Positions 1-8,950 of a DNA stretch of 32,000 bases are shown piece by piece. Made by a program: the position numbers and the translations under genes. Under the pieces are notes generated by a model. The model was not told where the DNA came from. It ran no database searches and saw nothing but the letters and a program-made list of their open reading frames with translations. Each line of letters opens with the position of its first letter. The first letter of the stretch is position 1. Source of the stretch: Mycolicibacterium smegmatis (lineage in GTDB: Bacteria > Actinomycetota > Actinomycetes > Mycobacteriales > Mycobacteriaceae); contig NZ_LN831039.1 in assembly GCF_001457595.1 (NCBI RefSeq), positions 600,001 through 632,000 on the forward strand, read 5' to 3'.

Positions 1-42
1 CTTGTCCCAGCGTTCCATGTGGGCGAACAACGAAAACTTCAT
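1..42 (-). CDS. LLM-class (luciferase-like) flavin-dependent monooxygenase, N-terminal fragment cut by window edge
   Basis: Reverse strand from ATG at 42 reads MKFSLFAHMERWDK, a typical start of bacterial luciferase-like monooxygenases. It overlaps the tautomerase stop codon (ATGA). Only 14 codons are visible. Confidence 0.6.
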   Translation of the reverse strand, partial: MKFSLFAHMERWDK

Positions 43-239
43 GACTGCTGGTCCTTCATCTCCGCGATGGTGACATCACCGGTGGTCCAATGGGTTTGGG
101 GAACTTCGTGGACGATGACACGAATATGCTGCGGATGGGTGTCCACCGTTCTCAGCACCGCTGCGTGTACTTCGTGCATCATGGCGCGGATCTGATCAGG
201 TGAACGACCCGCGGCAAGAGTGACCTGGATTAGTGGCAT
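39..239 (-). CDS. 4-oxalocrotonate tautomerase family protein
   Basis: 66 aa, MPLIQVTLAAGRSPDQIRAMMHEVHAAVLRTVDTHPQHIRVIVHEVP, with N-terminal Pro after Met and the tautomerase fold pattern. Confidence 0.9.
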   Translation of the reverse strand: MPLIQVTLAAGRSPDQIRAMMHEVHAAVLRTVDTHPQHIRVIVHEVPQTHWTTGDVTIAEMKDQQS

Positions 240-240
240 C

Positions 241-1728
241 TCAGCTCCGCATCACGAACGGGTCGGGGACTGGGCCCTCGTCGGTGTTGATCCACACGCT
301 CTTCAGGCGCGTGTATTCCTTGATGGTCTCGGTGCCGTGCTCGACTCCTACCCCGCTGCTCTTGAACCCCTGTCGCGGCGACATCGGCGACATCGCACGG
401 TAGGTGTTGACCCAAACGGTCCCGGCGTCCAGGTGTGCGGCCATTCGGTGCGCACGAGCGAGATTCGACGTCCACACGCCGGCGGCGAGTCCGTACCGGG
501 TGTCGTTGGCCAGCGCCACCACTTCGTCCTCGGTGTCGAACGGCATGATCGCGGCGACCGGGCCAAAGATTTCTTCGCGGACGACTTGCATCTGGTTGTG
601 AACGTCGATGAGCACCGTGGGTTCGTAAAAGAAGCCACCGAGACCGGCGTCGGTGGCCTTGCCGCCGGTGAGCACACGTGCGCCCTCGGAACGGCCGAGG
701 TCGACGTAGGACGCCACCTTGTTTCGCTGGTCTTCGAAGGCGAGCGGCCCGAGTTCGGTGTCATCGAGCAGCGGGTCTCCCATGCGGATGCTGCCGGCGC
801 GGTCCGCGACACGTTCGAGCAGTTCGTCATAGATCGCCCGCTGGGCGAACACACGGCTACCTGCTATGCAGGTCTGGCCCGCCGCGGCGAAGATACCCGC
901 CACCACACCGGTGGCGGCGTTGGCGACGTTGGCGTCGTCGAACACGATGTTGGGCGATTTGCCGCCGAGCTCCAGTGTGGATCCGATGAACCGGCCTGCC
1001 GCGGCCGAGGCGATGCTGGCTCCGGTCGCGGTGCTGCCTGTGAACGAGATCTTCGCCAGCACAGGGTGATCCACGAGCGCCTGGCCGGCCTCCGCACCGA
1101 AGCCGGTGACCACGTTCACCGCCCCGGGGGGAAAGCCTGCTTCGATCACGAGTTCTGCGAGGGTCAGCACGGTTGCCGAGGTGTGCTCAGATGGCTTGAC
1201 CACGACAGTGTTTCCTGCACACAACGCCGGTGCCAGCTTGCTGGTGGTGAGCGTCAACGGCGAATTCCACGGGGTGATGGCGCCGACCACGCCCAGCGGC
1301 TCACGCATCGTGTAGTTGAGCACCCGCCGATCCGAGGTCGGGATGACATCACCCTGGATCTTGTCGGCAAGACCGGCGTAATAGTAGTAATACTCGGGCA
1401 GAGTGGCGAGTTGGCCCCGCATCTCGCGCAGCAGCTTGCCGTTGTCGAGAGATTCGGAACGGGCGAGTTCCTCGGCGTGCTCTCCGACGAGGTCGCCGAG
1501 ACGACGTAGCAGACGGCCCCGCTTGGTCTGGCTGAGGTCACGCCACCGAGGGTCGTTGAATGCCGCGGCGGCCGCGGTGACCGCAGCGTCCACGTCGGCG
1601 GCGTTGCCGCGAGCGGCCCGGTAGAGCACCTCACGGGTGGCAGGGTTGGTGCTCTCGAAATGCTCGCCTGACGACGGCGCGACGGGCTTGCCGTCGATGA
1701 AGTGCTGCAAAGTGCGCAGATCAGACAT
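241..1728 (-). CDS. Aldehyde dehydrogenase (NAD(P)+-dependent, ALDH superfamily)
   Basis: 495 aa with ITPWNSPL, FTGSTATG, ELGGKSPNIVFDDA, GQTCIAGSR (catalytic Cys) and EEIFGPV motifs. Confidence 0.95.
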   Translation of the reverse strand: MSDLRTLQHFIDGKPVAPSSGEHFESTNPATREVLYRAARGNAADVDAAVTAAAAAFNDPRWRDLSQTKRGRLLRRLGDLVGEHAEELARSESLDNGKLLREMRGQLATLPEYYYYYAGLADKIQGDVIPTSDRRVLNYTMREPLGVVGAITPWNSPLTLTTSKLAPALCAGNTVVVKPSEHTSATVLTLAELVIEAGFPPGAVNVVTGFGAEAGQALVDHPVLAKISFTGSTATGASIASAAAGRFIGSTLELGGKSPNIVFDDANVANAATGVVAGIFAAAGQTCIAGSRVFAQRAIYDELLERVADRAGSIRMGDPLLDDTELGPLAFEDQRNKVASYVDLGRSEGARVLTGGKATDAGLGGFFYEPTVLIDVHNQMQVVREEIFGPVAAIMPFDTEDEVVALANDTRYGLAAGVWTSNLARAHRMAAHLDAGTVWVNTYRAMSPMSPRQGFKSSGVGVEHGTETIKEYTRLKSVWINTDEGPVPDPFVMRS

Positions 1729-2464
1729 GGATGTCGCCTCCTATGACTGTGCCGAGGAATGCGGTGATGGTGTCGGCTAGTTCACGTGGACACTGAACCG
1801 GAAGCATGTGGCGCGCACCGGGAATGATGTGCATGCGGCAGTGTGGTATCGCCGTGGCGAGCCGCCGCGACATCTCCGGTGTCGAGCCGGGATCGTCCGA
1901 ACCGGTTACCGCCAGGGCGGGAACGGTTATGCGTTCGAGAAGTGGTGCGATCTCGGCATCGGCGGTGGCGAACACCCGATAGCAGTTCAGGAAGCTGTCC
2001 GGGTCGATGGCCAGGAGCATGGCCTCTGTGCGGGCGACCTGATCGAGGGCGACGGAGGTACCGTCGTACCAACGCCTCAGAGAGGCAACTGAACTCGCGC
2101 GGATGTCGGTCGCTGCGGTATCGAGCCGGGTCAGGACTTGAGCGCGTTCCTCCGGAGTGCGCCGACATACCGAGGCCACCGACGTCAGCGAGGCCACCAG
2201 CTCCGGACGATGTATCGCCAGGTGCTGCGCGACCAGCGCGCCCAAAGAGAACCCCACGAGATGTGATCCGGCCGGAATCGCACTGGCCATCCCGTCGGCC
2301 AGGTCGGCGAGCGTCACGCCGGGCGGGGCGGGTGGCCGCTTGCCGTGGCCTGGCAGATCGGGAGCGATGACCTCGAACCGGTCGGCCAGGAGTGCTGCCA
2401 CCGTGTCCCACACGGAGTGATCGAGCCCCACACCGTGCAAAAGGACGAGCGTCGGCCTGGACAT
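1721..2464 (-). CDS. Alpha/beta-fold hydrolase
   Basis: 247 aa with LLHGVGLDHSVWD, nucleophile elbow GFSLG, late TGSDD and GARHM acid/His regions. Confidence 0.93.
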   Translation of the reverse strand: MSRPTLVLLHGVGLDHSVWDTVAALLADRFEVIAPDLPGHGKRPPAPPGVTLADLADGMASAIPAGSHLVGFSLGALVAQHLAIHRPELVASLTSVASVCRRTPEERAQVLTRLDTAATDIRASSVASLRRWYDGTSVALDQVARTEAMLLAIDPDSFLNCYRVFATADAEIAPLLERITVPALAVTGSDDPGSTPEMSRRLATAIPHCRMHIIPGARHMLPVQCPRELADTITAFLGTVIGGDIHV

Positions 2465-2466
2465 GT

Positions 2467-3018
2467 CTACTTCTCGCTGCTCAGCGGGGCCAGGCGTTGC
2501 TGGGGCCGTCCCTGTGACGCGGCGGCCAATGCGATGACGATCTCGCCGGCGTGCGGGGCGTCGGCGATACGTGCCTCCACGGTCTGGTGGTGCGATCGGA
2601 TGGTGGCGTCAGTGATGTGTTTGAGCGGGATGTCGAAGATGATTCCTGCTGGTCCACGCTTTTCGACGGCGGGTAGCAGCGTGGTGGCGTTGGCGGCCTT
2701 GCGGAAATGGTCACCGAACTTCAAGGTGTGGATGAGCCCGGATCCGTGCTCGATCTCGCCGTCCAATCCGACGATCGCTGCCTTGCCGTAAGCCTCGGCG
2801 GGTTCCTCGAGTGCATCCAGCACCAGCGGAGCCAGCAGAGCACCTAGATCCGATGCGGTGGCATCGATCCCCGGCGTCAGATCTTCGACAAAACCCTGAC
2901 CAGCCCACGGATTTTCGATCACCGCTGCCACGACAGCGACACGTGCCGGTGGATTGACCTCCCGATCACCCTCGGTGCGGATCTCTTCGACGATGGTGAC
3001 GATTTTGCGGAGCTTCAT
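2467..3018 (-). CDS. Amino acid synthesis family protein (DUF1185), copy A
   Basis: 183 aa MKLRKIVTIVEEIRTEGDREVNPPARVAVVAAVIENPWAG...; AYGKAAIVGLDGEIEHGSGLIHTLKFGDHFR. Confidence 0.8.
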   Translation of the reverse strand: MKLRKIVTIVEEIRTEGDREVNPPARVAVVAAVIENPWAGQGFVEDLTPGIDATASDLGALLAPLVLDALEEPAEAYGKAAIVGLDGEIEHGSGLIHTLKFGDHFRKAANATTLLPAVEKRGPAGIIFDIPLKHITDATIRSHHQTVEARIADAPHAGEIVIALAAASQGRPQQRLAPLSSEK

Positions 3019-3635
3019 GACAGGACACTCTCCAGACTCTTGATGGTGACTGCGGGGTCGGTGGTGCGGTCTCCGATGCGGGGATGGGGGCGGGGGCCGC
3101 TCGACCCCGCCGCAACGATGACGAGCTCATCGGGTCGCGGGGCATCGGACACCCGCGTACTGACCGTTTGATAGTGACTGCGAGTTGCGGCATGGGTCTT
3201 GTGCCACAGCGGGATCACGAGCGGGTCACCTGCTTCGGCGCGGGCATCGGCGAAACAGAGGATGGAGGTGCCATCGAGATATTCGCGCATCACATTGCCG
3301 AAGTACGGGGTGTGGATCAGCGCTGCCCCATGTTCGATCTCGCCGCCGCATCCGACGATGGCCGCCTTCCCGAACGCCTCGACAGCGTCGACGCCACCAA
3401 GAGCGCTCTGCAGGCGATCGGTGAGCAGGAGCGCAAGTGCCGGTGCGATGCGGGCGACCTCGTCTGACAGTTCGTGTGTCGGCGGCGTGCCAACCCATGG
3501 GTTGCGCAACACCGCGGCGACGCTGGCTTGCAGTGTGCGCCGGGCGGGCTGTTGACCGCCTTCGGTGATGACTGTCTCGCGGTAAACGACGACCTTCCGG
3601 AGTCCAATTCCCTCACCACGGAGGCTCTGTTGCAT
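3015..3635 (-). CDS. Amino acid synthesis family protein (DUF1185), copy B
   Basis: LRKVVVYRETVITEGGQQPARRTLQASVAAVLRNPWVG... and AFGKAAIVGCGGEIEHGAALIHTPYFGNVMREYL, clearly paralogous to copy A. Start uncertain (ATG 3647, ATG 3635 or further in). Confidence 0.8.
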   Translation of the reverse strand: MQQSLRGEGIGLRKVVVYRETVITEGGQQPARRTLQASVAAVLRNPWVGTPPTHELSDEVARIAPALALLLTDRLQSALGGVDAVEAFGKAAIVGCGGEIEHGAALIHTPYFGNVMREYLDGTSILCFADARAEAGDPLVIPLWHKTHAATRSHYQTVSTRVSDAPRPDELVIVAAGSSGPRPHPRIGDRTTDPAVTIKSLESVLS

Positions 3636-3643
3636 GCCACAGA
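3626..3643. promoter_or_regulatory. Operator-like inverted repeat TCTGT-N8-ACAGA at the start of the minus-strand catabolic operon
   Basis: TCTGTTGCATGCCACAGA. Its TCTGTTGCATGCCA core matches 13/14 with 3814-3827 in front of the BCCT gene. Confidence 0.4.
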
Positions 3644-3784
3644 CCATAGTTCGTAGTCGATGTGGCGGTCAAGAAACGATGATGTCGAATACGGTACTGA
3701 CCAAAAAGGCTATGAGATATACGCAGGTAACAAGCGTGTAATGCGACACTTGCTCAGTGCGGCGGAGCGACTTCTCGCCAGCCG

Positions 3785-3830
3785 TTGACACTCTGTTGTG
3801 GCTGCGCTTACATTCTGTTGTATGCCAGAA
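3785..3830 (+). promoter_or_regulatory. Probable SigA-type promoter with embedded operator-like repeats for the BCCT transporter operon
   Basis: TTGACA (3785-3790), 18-nt spacer, TACATT (3809-3814). TCTGTTGT occurs at 3792-3799 and again at 3814-3821 (22-bp period). TTCTG-N8-CAGAA at 3813-3830. Confidence 0.5.
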
Positions 3831-3856
3831 CCGATAGGCGCTCCCTGGAGAATCGC

Positions 3857-5443
3857 ATGACCAGTGACCTTGGCACCGCACCCGTCGCAGCCACCGCCTT
3901 TGAAAAACCGGATCGCTCGACCGGGAGGCTCGGATCCGTGTTCTGGACGTCGGTGGCCATCTCGGCCGTCTTCGTCGCATGGGCGGTGCTGTTCACCGAA
4001 AATCTCAACAAGGTCACGTCGGCATCGCTGAATTGGGTGACCGGCAGCTTCGGCTGGCTCTACCTCGTGATCACGCTGGGCATCCTGGTCTTCCTGGTCT
4101 TCTTGGCCTTCAGCCCCTACGGGAACACCAGGCTCGGCAAGGACACCGACCGGCCGGAGTTCAAGACCGTCACCTGGCTGGCGATGATCCTCAGCGCCGT
4201 GATGGGAATCGGATTGGTCTCATACGGTGTCGCTGAACCGATCTCGCATCTCAGCGCGCCGCCACACGGACTCGCCGAACCCGGCACACCGCAAGCCGCC
4301 GTGCGCGCGATGCAGTACTCCTACTTCGACTGGGGGCTGCACGCCTGGGCGGTTTTCGCCGTCTTCGGCCTGGCCATCGCGTATTCCACCTATCGCGTGG
4401 GCCGGCGCATGCTGGTCAGTCAACTGTTCGTGCCGCTGCTCGGGGACCGGGTCAACGGCCCGATCGGAAAGCTCATCGACGTGCTTGCGGTGTTCGCCAC
4501 GCTTTTCGGCACGACGACCTCATTGGGGCTTGGCGCTCTTCAGATCAACAACGGCCTTTTCTCGATGTTCGGCATCCCCGTCAACAGCATCAGTCAGGTC
4601 GTCATCATCGCGGCCGTCACCGCGATCTTCACGATGTCCGCAGTCACCGGGGTGAGTAGGGGAATCAAGCTCCTCAGCCAGGGAAGCACGGTGTTGGCCG
4701 TTGCGCTGTTCCTGTTCATGCTCGCGGCGGGACCGACCGTCTTCGTCGTCAATCTGTACATCGAATCACTCGGCACCTGGGCGACTGACTTCTTCCGAAT
4801 GAGTCTGCAGGGCACAGCGTTCGGTGACCTCCAATGGATGCAGTGGTGGACTTACTTCATGCTGGCCTGGTGGGTCGCGTGGGCCGCCTTTGTGGGAGTG
4901 TTCCTGGCCCGGATCTCGAGAGGCCGCACAATCCGCGGGTTCGTGGTCGGTGTCCTGGTCGTGCCTAGCGTGGTCTTCTTCACCTGGTTTACTGTGTTCG
5001 GCGGAACCGCAATACATGTCGACATGTACGAGGGTGGCGACATCGCCGAACAGACTGCCGCGGACATCAACAGCGCGTTCTTCGCGACGCTGGATCACTT
5101 CCCGTTGGCCTCGGTCACTTCGGTGGTGGCGATCCTGCTCGTGCTGATCTTCTTCATCTCCGGTGCCGACGCCAACACCTTCGTCCTCGGGATGATGACC
5201 AGCGGCGGCGCTCTGGCGCCGCGCCGCAGTGTGCTCATCCTCTGGGGTGTGCTCACAGGGGTCACGGCCATCGTGCTGATGTTCGCCGACGGCCTCGATG
5301 CACTGCAGAACACGGTGATCGTCGCGTCCCTGCCCTTCCTGATCATCATCGCCTGCCTGGCCGTGTCGTTCTGGAAGGACCTGATCGCCGACCAGCGGCG
5401 CACGACGCCACAAGCACCGATCGTTGACCTCATTGACGATTGA
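3857..5443 (+). CDS. BCCT family (betaine/carnitine/choline) transporter
   Basis: Multi-TM protein with GDRVNGPIGKLIDVLAVFATLFGTTTSLGLGALQINNGL and WTYFMLAWWVAWAAFVGVFLARISRGRTIR, the conserved BCCT Trp-rich segment. ATG at 3857 preferred over the ORF start at 3785. Confidence 0.95.
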   Translation: MTSDLGTAPVAATAFEKPDRSTGRLGSVFWTSVAISAVFVAWAVLFTENLNKVTSASLNWVTGSFGWLYLVITLGILVFLVFLAFSPYGNTRLGKDTDRPEFKTVTWLAMILSAVMGIGLVSYGVAEPISHLSAPPHGLAEPGTPQAAVRAMQYSYFDWGLHAWAVFAVFGLAIAYSTYRVGRRMLVSQLFVPLLGDRVNGPIGKLIDVLAVFATLFGTTTSLGLGALQINNGLFSMFGIPVNSISQVVIIAAVTAIFTMSAVTGVSRGIKLLSQGSTVLAVALFLFMLAAGPTVFVVNLYIESLGTWATDFFRMSLQGTAFGDLQWMQWWTYFMLAWWVAWAAFVGVFLARISRGRTIRGFVVGVLVVPSVVFFTWFTVFGGTAIHVDMYEGGDIAEQTAADINSAFFATLDHFPLASVTSVVAILLVLIFFISGADANTFVLGMMTSGGALAPRRSVLILWGVLTGVTAIVLMFADGLDALQNTVIVASLPFLIIIACLAVSFWKDLIADQRRTTPQAPIVDLIDD

Positions 5444-5457
5444 CCGAAAGGAACCCC

Positions 5458-5886
5458 ATGAGTGACAACGAGACTCGTCGGAAGCGCATCTCCTCCGCAT
5501 GGGGCGCCGCGTGGGATACCGGCGACGTCGATGCACTCGACGACCTCCTCTCCGAGTCGTACCAGCGGATCAGCGGCACGGGGAGCACGCAGAACCGCGA
5601 CGAGTTCAAATCCTCGATCACCGCGACCCGTTCGGCATTCCCTGATCTCGCCACCGTCGTCGACGAAGTGGTGGTGGAAGGCGACCGCGCGGCCATCCGC
5701 TGGCACAGCACCGGCAGCCACGAACACTCCTTTCTCGGGGTGCCCGCCACCAAACGTGAGGTCACTGTCAGCGGCGCAACCTTCGCGCGGTTCGACAACG
5801 ACCGCATCGTCGAAGAACACGTCACCTGGGACCCCCGCGCGCTGTTGACCGCGCTCGGAATCATCGCGATCGGGCAGGACCGATGA
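5458..5886 (+). CDS. SnoaL-like / NTF2-like polyketide cyclase-fold protein
   Basis: About 142 aa with DALDDLLSESYQRISG, VVDEVVVEGDRAAIRWHSTGSH, ARFDNDRIVEEHVTWD. AAAGGA ribosome binding site just upstream of ATG 5458. Confidence 0.85.
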   Translation: MSDNETRRKRISSAWGAAWDTGDVDALDDLLSESYQRISGTGSTQNRDEFKSSITATRSAFPDLATVVDEVVVEGDRAAIRWHSTGSHEHSFLGVPATKREVTVSGATFARFDNDRIVEEHVTWDPRALLTALGIIAIGQDR

Positions 5887-6380
5887 TCGAGGTGCCGACG
5901 CCCGGTATGGACCTGATGAAGCAGGTCAACCGGCAGTTCGTCACCGGTGTTACCGTGGTCACCGCACTCGACGGTGACGCCCCGCGAGGCCTTGCGGTGA
6001 ACGCGTACGCCAGTGTCTCGCTGGAACCGCCGACGGTCATGGTCGCGGTGCAGCACACGTCGGCGACCCACGCGTGCCTGTTTCGCTCCGACCATCTGGC
6101 AATCAACATCCTCTCTGCGGATCAACTCGACGTCGTGGGGCGGTTTGCATCGAAGTCCGAGGACAAGTTCGCCGGATTACGCTGGTCACCGGGTCCCTTC
6201 GGCAGCCCGCTGATCGACCGCAGTGCCGCGGCAATGGAAGCCGAGATTCGCGAGAGGCTGCAGGCCAGCACGCACACAGTGTTCATGTGCCGCGTGGTCC
6301 ACGCCGAGACATCAGGGCGAAGTCCGATGGTGTACAGCGACGGTAAGTTCTTCGACGGCGGCAATCTGGCCCCGCTGTGA
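5883..6380 (+). CDS. Flavin reductase family protein, probable reductase partner for a flavin monooxygenase
   Basis: 165 aa with MKQVNRQFVTGVTVVTALDGDAPRGLAVNAYASVSLEPPTVMVAV and HLAINILSADQ. Overlaps upstream stop (ATGA). Confidence 0.93.
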   Translation: MIEVPTPGMDLMKQVNRQFVTGVTVVTALDGDAPRGLAVNAYASVSLEPPTVMVAVQHTSATHACLFRSDHLAINILSADQLDVVGRFASKSEDKFAGLRWSPGPFGSPLIDRSAAAMEAEIRERLQASTHTVFMCRVVHAETSGRSPMVYSDGKFFDGGNLAPL

Positions 6381-6400
6381 GAGTTGACGAGGGAGCGGCA

Positions 6401-7060
6401 GTGACCAGCAAGAACGGCTCGATCCAGGGTCGGCTGATCGAAGAGATCCGGCGGCGCATCATCTCGGGAGAGATCAAGCCAGGCGTCAACATCTCCGAGC
6501 TGGCGATCGCCGAGGAGTTCGGCGTCTCTCGCACACCGGTGCGTGAGACGTTCAAGCAGCTGCAGACCGAGGGGCTCATCGAGATCCGGCCCAGAGTAGG
6601 AACGTTCGTCACCACTCCGTCGCGCCGTGAGATCACCGAGCTGTTCCAGATGAAGGAACTCCTGGAGGGGGCCGCGGCGCGATTGCTAGCGCAACGGGGG
6701 CGCGTACCGGAAATCGACAAGCTCGAGGAAAACCTCCGGCAGGCCGACGATGCTGTCGCGCGGGATGACCGCGTCCGTTACGCGGAATTGGTCGAGGAGT
6801 TCCACAACCTGCTCATCATGGGTGCCGACAACAACAAGCTGGAAGCCCACTACCGCATGCTGATGAATCAACTGGCCTATGCACGGCTGGTGCACACCTC
6901 GCTGAGCCAGCCGGGCCGGCCGCTGCAATCAGACCGCGAACATCACGTCGTGCTCGATCTCATCATCGCGAAGGATGGTGACAGTGCCGAACGGGTGATG
7001 CGCGAACATGTCCGGGCCAGCAGGCAGGCGCTGATGGCCGGCCTCGAACTGGACCTCTGA
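6401..7060 (+). CDS. GntR family transcriptional regulator (FCD/FadR subfamily)
   Basis: GRLIEEIRRRIISGEIKPGVNISELAIAEEFGVSRTPVRETFKQLQTEGLIEIRPRVGTFVTTP wHTH followed by a helical FCD-like domain. GTG 6401 preceded by GGGAG. Confidence 0.93.
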   Translation: MTSKNGSIQGRLIEEIRRRIISGEIKPGVNISELAIAEEFGVSRTPVRETFKQLQTEGLIEIRPRVGTFVTTPSRREITELFQMKELLEGAAARLLAQRGRVPEIDKLEENLRQADDAVARDDRVRYAELVEEFHNLLIMGADNNKLEAHYRMLMNQLAYARLVHTSLSQPGRPLQSDREHHVVLDLIIAKDGDSAERVMREHVRASRQALMAGLELDL

Positions 7061-7135
7061 TCGCACCTCCGAAACTTGCAGCGACAGAGTGATTGAAGAT
7101 CAGCCACCACAGGTTCGGGCGGCGTGCGAGCAGCA

Positions 7136-7963
7136 TCAGGGCTTGCGCGCCTGGATCGTATAGGTGAGGGGAAGACGTTCGGGGTGTTCGGCGAGCACGT
7201 ACTCACCCTCGAATTCGGTGCTCTCGATCATCCCCTGAACCAACGCCTTCCACGGCGCTTCTCGGTGCTCTTCGAGCGCGGTGACCGTGAGCCCGGCCTC
7301 GGTGAGGGCCGTGAAGACCTCGCCGAGGCCGTGGTTGAACGCCACCCCCTTCGGCGCGGACACGGTTCCTTCGCCGCCGTACGTGGTGGTTTCGGTGAAC
7401 GGGGATCCCGCTGTCTCGAAATAGGGGTAGTGCACCACCAGAAGGTCGTCGGATCGGGTCTCGTCGATCGTGTCGAGCATGGGATGACCTTCACGCATGA
7501 ACAGCCGGCCACCGGGGCGCAGCAGTTGGGCGACCACCGTGGCCCAACGCCGGATGTCGGGTAGCCAGCACAACGCACCGATGCCGGTGTAGACCAGATC
7601 GCACGACTCCCTGCCGAGGACCACGGCCGCGTCGTACACGTCGGACTCGACGAACGTGACGCGAGCGGCAGCGCGCGCCGCGAGGTCGTTGGCCGCGGCG
7701 ATCGCGGAGGGGGAGAAGTCCAGTCCGGTCACCGATTGGGCCCCGAGTCGGGCCAGCGACACGGTGTCGGTTCCGATATGGCATTGCAGGTGCACCACAT
7801 CCAGGCCCGTGATGTCACCGAGTCGCGGTAGGTCGTACCGTACGACGCCGGAAAGATGTCGAGGATCGCTGAAGCTGTCGAGGTCGTATCCCCCAGGGCT
7901 CACGTGCAGCGGGACCCGGGCCTCCCAGTTGGCCAGGTTCAGTGTCCGCCAGTCTTCGACCAC
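7136..7963 (-). CDS. Class I SAM-dependent methyltransferase
   Basis: VVHLQCHIGTDTVSLARLGAQSVTGLDFSPSAIAAANDLA (SAM motif I) and LLRPGGRLFMREGHPML. Confidence 0.88.
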   Translation of the reverse strand: MVEDWRTLNLANWEARVPLHVSPGGYDLDSFSDPRHLSGVVRYDLPRLGDITGLDVVHLQCHIGTDTVSLARLGAQSVTGLDFSPSAIAAANDLAARAAARVTFVESDVYDAAVVLGRESCDLVYTGIGALCWLPDIRRWATVVAQLLRPGGRLFMREGHPMLDTIDETRSDDLLVVHYPYFETAGSPFTETTTYGGEGTVSAPKGVAFNHGLGEVFTALTEAGLTVTALEEHREAPWKALVQGMIESTEFEGEYVLAEHPERLPLTYTIQARKP

Positions 7964-8071
7964 CCGAGGAGCTTCGCAGAGTCCTGGAGCGCTCGCACGT
8001 CATTTTGTCGGCGGCTCCCGGCCTTGGATAAGCCCAGTTGATCATCTGGCAATGCGATTAGCATCGCTTAC

Positions 8072-8950
8072 GTGCAGATCGACGGTCAGCAACTCGCGGC
8101 CTTCGCCGCGGTGATCGAACTCGGCAGCTTCGACGCGGCCGCGGCCCGGCTGCATGTGACGCCGTCAGCGGTCAGCCAGCGCATCAAAGCACTGGAGCAG
8201 CGGGTCGGCCAGGTTCTGGTCGTGCGGGAAAAGCCATGCACGGCAACACCTGCCGGTGTCCCGCTGCTGCGGCTGGCTGCACAGACGGCGTTGCTGGAAT
8301 CCGAGGCGCTGGCCGAGATGGGCGGTGGATCGTCGCACCGGCCACGAATGGCGTTGGCGGTCAACGCCGATTCGATGGCCTCGTGGTTCACCGGGGTGTT
8401 CCGGCGCCTGCCGGACGTCCTGTTCGACATCCGCATCGAGGACCAGGACCTGTCGGCGCGTTTCGTGCGCGAGGGCGTGGTGATGGGTGCGGTGACCACC
8501 GAGCGCACACCGGTGTCGGGGTGCCGCGTGCACCCACTGGGCGCCATGCGGTACAAACCGGTCGCCAGCGCCGAGTACACGGCCAGGTATCTGCCCGACG
8601 GATTCACCCGTGAGGCAGTGGCCGCGGCGCCCTCGCTGGCCTGGAATCGCGACGACCGCCTGCAGGATCAGCTGGTGCGCAAGGTGTTCCGTCGCGACAT
8701 CACCCGGCCCGTGCACTTCATCCCGACCGCGGAGGGCTTCGGCGCGGCCGTGCGCGCCGGCCTGGGCTGGGGCATGTATCCCGAGGACCTCGTCGACGCG
8801 TCGTTCGTGCCGATCACCGAGCATCACCTGGACGTGCCGCTGTTCTGGCAGTGCTGGAAACTCGACAGCCCGTTGGTACAGGCGATCACCGACGCGGTGC
8901 TGGCGGCGAGTGCGCGCCTGCGCGGCCGTCGAACGGCCGCAGAACTCTAG
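8072..8950 (+). CDS. ArgP/LysG-like LysR family transcriptional regulator
   Basis: MQIDGQQLAAFAAVIELGSFDAAAARLHVTPSAVSQRIKALEQRVGQVLVVREKPCTATPAG is typical of the ArgP/IciA group. Confidence 0.9.
   Translation: MQIDGQQLAAFAAVIELGSFDAAAARLHVTPSAVSQRIKALEQRVGQVLVVREKPCTATPAGVPLLRLAAQTALLESEALAEMGGGSSHRPRMALAVNADSMASWFTGVFRRLPDVLFDIRIEDQDLSARFVREGVVMGAVTTERTPVSGCRVHPLGAMRYKPVASAEYTARYLPDGFTREAVAAAPSLAWNRDDRLQDQLVRKVFRRDITRPVHFIPTAEGFGAAVRAGLGWGMYPEDLVDASFVPITEHHLDVPLFWQCWKLDSPLVQAITDAVLAASARLRGRRTAAEL

Noticed and set aside
220-1509. 429-aa + strand ORF
   Set aside because: Antisense to the aldehyde dehydrogenase. Low-complexity Arg/Gly/Val/His composition typical of high-GC frame shadows, with no family resemblance.
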